A DNA stretch of 59,850 bases, the filler included, from Nitrospinae bacterium RIFCSPLOWO2_12_FULL_45_22 (GTDB lineage Bacteria > 2-12-FULL-45-22), in NCBI GenBank assembly GCA_001803565.1. It is 7 parts of 7 records of this genome, joined end to end, with 100 filler letters (N's around TTAATTAATTAA, not from the genome) between each part and the next. Parts side by side here need not be neighbours in the genome. Positions count along the whole stretch, not along the records: positions 54,608 to 59,850 come from MHDQ01000176.1; 6 more parts are not named here. One strand, written 5' to 3'. The notes below the pieces were generated by a model. The model searched no databases and was not told the origin of the DNA. It worked only from the letters and a program-made list of their open reading frames with translations. Of the stretch, positions 55,051 to 59,850 are shown piece by piece. The stretch's first letter is position 1, and every line of letters begins with the position of its first letter. The position numbers and the translations under genes are program-made.

Positions 55051-57453
55051 ATGAAAAGTAGAACACAATCTGTTAAAGAGAAGCTGCCGATAAAGAACTA
55101 CCGGAGCACCCTCCGGGGATATGAGCAAGAAGATGCCAGCAATGCCTACCGGCCGGGGGTAAAACTATGTTTAGATAGGGCCCGCCTCTATACGGAGTCT
55201 TATAAGCAAACCGAGGGAGAACCTACTATCATCCGGCGGGCTAAGGCCTTAGCCCATATCCTGGAAAATATGACTATTTATATCAGTGAGGGAGAGATGA
55301 TTGTAGGCAATTATGCCTCTTCGCCCGCCCACCTCACTTATCATCCAGAATATTACTGGCGCTGGCTAGAAAAGGCGGTCAATGATGGTTACCGGGCCTT
55401 ACTGGATGATGAAGGGCGCGAGCTACTGAGAGGGATATTCCCATACTGGCGCAATAAATCGGTCCAGGGCAAGGAGAGGGATTATCTGCCCGCTGATCTT
55501 AAGCCTTATTGGGCATATAATGGTGCTACTTTCTGGGGCCATTTTGCCGAATCCGGTGTGCCGGACTATGGGATGCTCCTGAAGAAGGGCTTGAAGGGCC
55601 TGATAAAAGAGGCCCAGGATAAGCTGGCAGAGATCAGTAAAGATAGTACGCTATCTACCCAGGACTTTATCGAGCAGAAGAATTTCTTCGAGGCAGTTAT
55701 TATCGCCTTAAAGGCCGCTATCACCTGGGCGAATAGGTATGCTGAGAAGGCAAAAGAGTTAGCCAACCGAGAAAATGATCCCCAGAGAAAGAAAGAGCTG
55801 GAGAAGATAGCTGAGGTATGTGAGTGGGTGCCGGAAAATCCTGCCCGTACTTTCCATGAGGCCTTGCAAGCCTTTTATTTTATTCACTTAATTACTCATC
55901 TGATTGAGGCATATAATAATGGTATCGGGGTAAGGTTTGATCAGGTCTTCTATCCCTATTACCAAAAAGACCGGCAGGGAGGACGCTTAAATCGGGAACA
56001 GGCTCAGGAACTGCTGGAACTCCTTTGTCTCAAGATGGAAGAGCTAGGTGTCTTATTCGCCCCTATGCTGGGTGGTGGTGTTCAGGGCAGTAGCCTCTTC
56101 CAGACCCTTACCATTGGCGGCCTTACTACCAAAGGAGAAGATGGGATAAATGAGCTTACTTATGTAATATTGGATGCCTGCGACAGTATAAAACTCTCGC
56201 AGCCCACTACCGCTATCAGAATCCATCGCAACACCCCTAAGGAGTTTCTCCTGCGGGTCACAGACTCGATAAGAAAGAGATGGGGTACAGTGAGCCTCTT
56301 CAATGATGAGTATATGATCCCTAAGCTCCTGAGTTACGGTTTTTCGTTGGAAGATGCCCGCAATTACGGGATCGAGCAGTGTATGCGCTGGACTATTCCC
56401 GGCAAAAACATCGTCTATCGCGCTGGCGACGGTATGATCATCCTACCCAAATGCCTGGAGCTGGCTTTAAATCGGGGTATAGACAAGTTTAGCGGCAAGC
56501 AGTTAGGGGCCCCTACGCCCGATCCCACTAACTTCAAGTCAATTGATGACGTTATGGAGGCCCTTATTACCCAGGTGAGCTTCTTTGCCCCCAGGGTAGC
56601 CCGGATCGCTAATACGGCCGATATTTTGTACGAACAATATCTACCCCGGCCTTTCTTATCGGCCTTATTTGATGGTGGTATCCAGGCGGGCAAGGATTGC
56701 CGTAAATGGGCCTATTTTCCTAAACGGATCATAGGGTTCCTGGGTGGGGTTAATACGGCTAATGCCTTAGCAGCAATAAATAAGCTGGTCTTTGAAGATA
56801 AGAAGTTGAGTATGGCTCAATTGACTGAGATCATTAATAGTAATTTTGAAGGTAACGAAGACCTGCGCCAGATGCTGCTCAACTGTCCTAAGTATGGTAA
56901 CGATGATGACCAGATAGATTGGTTGGCCAAAGAGGTACAGTGCCGGGCTACTAAAGAAGTAGAGAAGGTAAATAACAATTTTGGCCGGCCTTTCGTAGTT
57001 GATGGCAGCTCCGGTTCGGCCTATTATGCCTTTAGCCAACTGGTAGGCGCTAGTGCTGATGGCCGTAAAGACCGTGACTTGTTTGCCGATGGTACTGCTT
57101 CGCCAGTGGCCGGGACGGATAAAAAGGGACCAACCGCGGTACTGAAATCTGTTTCTAAGCTGGACCCCTTGGCCTCTTTCAACCATTTACTGAACCAGAA
57201 GTTCCTGCCGCAATTTCTGGAAGGGCCTAACAAAGAGGCCTTTGCCTCTTATCTCAAGGGCTGGTGTGAGCTGGGTATCCATCATATCCAGTTCAATATT
57301 GTGGATCATGAGACCTTGAAAGATGCCCAGGAGCACCCAGAGAAATATTCTGATATGGTGGTTCGAGTGGCCGGTTATGCCGCATACTTTGTTGATCTAG
57401 CCAGGCCGTTGCAGGATGAGATCATCAAGCGGGCCGAGCAGACACTGGCCTAG
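55051..57453 (+). CDS. Glycyl radical enzyme (PFL family), uncharacterised subtype
   Basis: RARLYTESYKQTEGEP..RRAKAL, PKYGND, HIQFN, VRVAGY (Gly775); thiyl Cys444 in YGIEQCMRW. Confidence 0.95.
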   Translation: MKSRTQSVKEKLPIKNYRSTLRGYEQEDASNAYRPGVKLCLDRARLYTESYKQTEGEPTIIRRAKALAHILENMTIYISEGEMIVGNYASSPAHLTYHPEYYWRWLEKAVNDGYRALLDDEGRELLRGIFPYWRNKSVQGKERDYLPADLKPYWAYNGATFWGHFAESGVPDYGMLLKKGLKGLIKEAQDKLAEISKDSTLSTQDFIEQKNFFEAVIIALKAAITWANRYAEKAKELANRENDPQRKKELEKIAEVCEWVPENPARTFHEALQAFYFIHLITHLIEAYNNGIGVRFDQVFYPYYQKDRQGGRLNREQAQELLELLCLKMEELGVLFAPMLGGGVQGSSLFQTLTIGGLTTKGEDGINELTYVILDACDSIKLSQPTTAIRIHRNTPKEFLLRVTDSIRKRWGTVSLFNDEYMIPKLLSYGFSLEDARNYGIEQCMRWTIPGKNIVYRAGDGMIILPKCLELALNRGIDKFSGKQLGAPTPDPTNFKSIDDVMEALITQVSFFAPRVARIANTADILYEQYLPRPFLSALFDGGIQAGKDCRKWAYFPKRIIGFLGGVNTANALAAINKLVFEDKKLSMAQLTEIINSNFEGNEDLRQMLLNCPKYGNDDDQIDWLAKEVQCRATKEVEKVNNNFGRPFVVDGSSGSAYYAFSQLVGASADGRKDRDLFADGTASPVAGTDKKGPTAVLKSVSKLDPLASFNHLLNQKFLPQFLEGPNKEAFASYLKGWCELGIHHIQFNIVDHETLKDAQEHPEKYSDMVVRVAGYAAYFVDLARPLQDEIIKRAEQTLA

Positions 57454-57467
57454 CAATTTGTGCTGAG

Positions 57468-57500
57468 GGCGACCCCAAATAAGGGTCGCCTCCCCTTTTC
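57468..57500 (+). terminator. Probable intrinsic terminator after the GRE gene
   Basis: GGCGACCC...GGGTCGCC stem followed by a pyrimidine/T tract. Confidence 0.6.
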
Positions 57501-57663
57501 TGGCAATGTCCCCCTTCTGGTTTTTTCACGATTAAATCCTTTATTTACTCTTTCTAGATGGCCCCGGAATTTTCCGCTTGAAAAACTACCCTTCCTGAAG
57601 ATAATATCTCTTAGAGATAACGTGATCGCATAGGAATTTTCATTTTATTAATGCGGTTTTGTG

Positions 57664-57686
57664 GTAGTCGCAGGCTTTAGCCTGCG
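57664..57686 (+). repeat. GTAG-type REP palindrome
   Basis: GTAGTCGCAGGCTTTAGCCTGCG. Confidence 0.6.
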
Positions 57687-57710
57687 TTAATTTAATCGCA
57701 ATGGAAAGAT

Positions 57711-58499
57711 ATGCTTATGCAGTTAGATAGAATCAGTAAACCGGAAAGATCCCTCCTGGCAGTTTATGCCCATCCTGATGACGAATCGTTTGTACCGGGA
57801 GGCACTATAGCGCGGTATGCCTTTAAAGGGGCAAGAGTTACTCTGGTCGTTGCTACTAGAGGTGAGGAAGGTATGCTAGGGGATCCACCCTTGGCTGATC
57901 GGTCCTCTCTGGGGGAATGTAGGACCGATGAGCTCGTAGGCAGTTGTCGGGTTTTAGGGATTGATAGGATTTGTTTTCTGGATTTTCCTGATGGTAAACT
58001 CAATACTTATCCTCATCCTGAGGTGGAAGGGAGAATAGTCGAGATTATCCGGCAAGTGAAGCCCCAGGTAGTGATAACTTTTGGGCCTGAGGGTATCACA
58101 GGCCATCCCGATCACCAAGCCATCAGCCATTTTACTACCGATGCCTTCTTTGATGCGGGGCGACCAGATAAATATCCAAAGCTCAAAGAATGGGGGCTGG
58201 ATATCTATCAACCTGCTAAACTATATTATTCTGTCTTACCCAAAAAGGTTGCTGAGTCTTTGAGTTTTAAACTTCAGGGGGTGGAAGATAATAAGATAAC
58301 GGCGATAATAGATGTTTCCCGGTATTCCCATATTAAAAAGGATGCCCTTTTTTGTCACCGGACACAAATGCCAGATTTTAAGAAATTTAGTGACCAGGAC
58401 CTTCTTGGGTTGTCTACCAAAGAATATTTTTATTTAGTTCATTCTGAGCTCCCTCACCAGAAAAAGCGAGAGGCAGACCTATTTGAAGGCCTGTGCTGA
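57711..58499 (+). CDS. PIG-L family deacetylase (MshB/BshB-like)
   Basis: AHPDDE, ATRGEEG, GHPDH, HRTQ. Confidence 0.92.
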   Translation: MLMQLDRISKPERSLLAVYAHPDDESFVPGGTIARYAFKGARVTLVVATRGEEGMLGDPPLADRSSLGECRTDELVGSCRVLGIDRICFLDFPDGKLNTYPHPEVEGRIVEIIRQVKPQVVITFGPEGITGHPDHQAISHFTTDAFFDAGRPDKYPKLKEWGLDIYQPAKLYYSVLPKKVAESLSFKLQGVEDNKITAIIDVSRYSHIKKDALFCHRTQMPDFKKFSDQDLLGLSTKEYFYLVHSELPHQKKREADLFEGLC

Positions 58500-58655
58500 C
58501 CAGGCCAAAAGATAAACCTAAAGTTTTGCTCTACGATTTTTAAGCTAAAAATGCCTCTCTTTTTGATAAAATGAAGAGATGCTATACTGGTTGCAGCAAT
58601 ACCAGGTTAATTAGTATACTATTGTTATAATTGATAAGGTGGGGGAGTGCTATAA

Positions 58656-59074
58656 AGGGGAGAAGTAAAGGTCGAGGTAGAGTTAGAAAATGCGGGGGAT
58701 CGTGAACTTTTCCACCGTCATTACATCCAGGAGAGTCAGATCCGGTCCCTTAGAGTATCAGCCTTGACGGACAGTGGCGCGGTTATGTTGACGCTGCCCC
58801 AGGATTTGGTAGAGGCCCTGGGACTGCGAGAGAAAGGTAAAGTCATCGTAACCTATGCCGACGAACGTAAGGAAGAACGCCCCATCGCTGGGATAGTTAC
58901 AGTACGCGTGGGCAATCGGTCGACTGACGTTAATTGTATCGTTGGCCCACCTAATAGTGAGCCATTATTGGGCCAGATCGTACTGGAGGCCATGGATTAT
59001 TGGTAGATTGTATTCAGCGTAAGTTGATACCTCGTCCAGAATCACCGTATTTACCGCTAATAAAAGTGAAATGA
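58656..59074 (+). pseudogene. Clan AA (retropepsin-like) aspartic protease, apparently inactivated
   Basis: ALTDSGA, PLLGQIVLE; expected start reads AGG after the SD; frameshift near 59000 separates the tail LVDCIQRKLIPRPESPYLPLIKVK. Confidence 0.75.
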
Positions 59075-59091
59075 GGAGGTGAGTGTCAGAG

Positions 59092-59850
59092 ATGGATTTT
59101 CGATTAACTGAAGATGAAGAGAGGTTTAGTAATGAGGTACGAGAGTTTTTACGTACAGCCCTACCTAACGAAGTAGTCGAGGAGCGGGAGTCGGGTCTCG
59201 GAATTGGCCCTCATACCTGGGAACTGATGCGAAGATTAGGAGAGAAGGGATGGCTTACCCCTACCTGGCCCAGGGAGTATGGTGGACTCAATGCCTCACC
59301 TATGTATCGTTACATCATTGAGAACGAGCTGGACTATTTTGAGGGATTGCCCGGGGGACGATTGGTAGGAGCTAGTATGGCAGGGCCGACTATCCTGTTG
59401 TATGGCACAGAGGAGCAAAAGAAAGAATACCTGCCCCGGATATCCCGCGGAGAAATTGAATTTGTCTTAGGCTATACCGAACCCGATGCCGGCTCTGACT
59501 TAGCGGCCCTCCAGATGCGGGCGGTAGAAGATGGTGATTATTATATCATCAATGGTCAGAAGATGTTTAATACCCGGGCCCACTATGCGCAATACCATTG
59601 GTTAGCAGCACGGACTGATCCTAAAGCCCCTAAGCATAAAGGGATATCATTGTTTATTGTAGACCTGAAGAGCCCGGGGATAACGGTGCATCCTATCTGG
59701 ACCGTGGGCGGCACCAGGACAAATCAGGTCTTTTATGAAGATGTAAAAGTGCCCCGGGAAAATCTGGTAGGTGAAAAGAATCGGGGTTTTTATCATATCG
59801 CCACTGCCCTGGATTTTGAACGGATATTTGCTGTGGGAGGATTGAAGCGC
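59092..59850 (+). CDS. Acyl-CoA dehydrogenase (FadE6/17/26-like); runs off window edge
   Basis: Not in ORF track; MDFRLT..., WPREYGG, GYTEPDAGSDLA, INGQKMF, PKHKGISLF, ALDFER; SD GGAGGTGA. Confidence 0.93.
   Translation, partial: MDFRLTEDEERFSNEVREFLRTALPNEVVEERESGLGIGPHTWELMRRLGEKGWLTPTWPREYGGLNASPMYRYIIENELDYFEGLPGGRLVGASMAGPTILLYGTEEQKKEYLPRISRGEIEFVLGYTEPDAGSDLAALQMRAVEDGDYYIINGQKMFNTRAHYAQYHWLAARTDPKAPKHKGISLFIVDLKSPGITVHPIWTVGGTRTNQVFYEDVKVPRENLVGEKNRGFYHIATALDFERIFAVGGLKR

Noticed and set aside
55051-57453. Assigning pflB or bssA
   Set aside because: No CC pair, no BssB/BssC small subunits or activase nearby, and the loop sequence differs

Overview
The window is seven contigs of a draft bacterial genome or MAG joined by six artificial 100-nt N/TTAATTAATTAA linkers (6445-6544, 11931-12030, 17393-17492, 24175-24274, 48282-48381, 54508-54607), so adjacency across linkers means nothing. 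The gene content fits an anaerobic Gram-negative degrader of acyl-CoA, lipid or aromatic substrates. It includes a 2-hydroxyacyl-CoA dehydratase-family pair, FadL, SDRs, acyl-CoA dehydrogenases, a tandem-fused family III CoA-transferase, an XDH-family molybdoenzyme, an HMGS-like-DUF35/thiolase/SDR cluster and a glycyl radical enzyme. Housekeeping genes (smc, ftsY, eno, lon, mutM, HU, a small bS22-like ribosomal protein), a surface-glycan cluster and a Tad pilus cluster are also present. No rRNA, tRNA or CRISPR array was seen. Four things stand out. (1) In contig 1, a sigma54 enhancer module (relic activator with a winged HTH, phased 11-bp tandem repeats, IHF-like site, -24/-12 promoter, multi-Shine-Dalgarno leader, orphan gene), with a second decayed activator copy and sigma54 promoter 5.9 kb away. 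(2) A dense set of nested miniature intergenic elements, including a GTAA..TTAC-ended MITE family with one perfect 8-bp target-site duplication and differing internal cargo. (3) A glycyl radical enzyme with an unusual EQCMRW active-site loop. (4) Several fusions, degenerate enzymes and TA modules with possible integron-cassette relics. All calls come from reading motifs by eye; no database searches were run.
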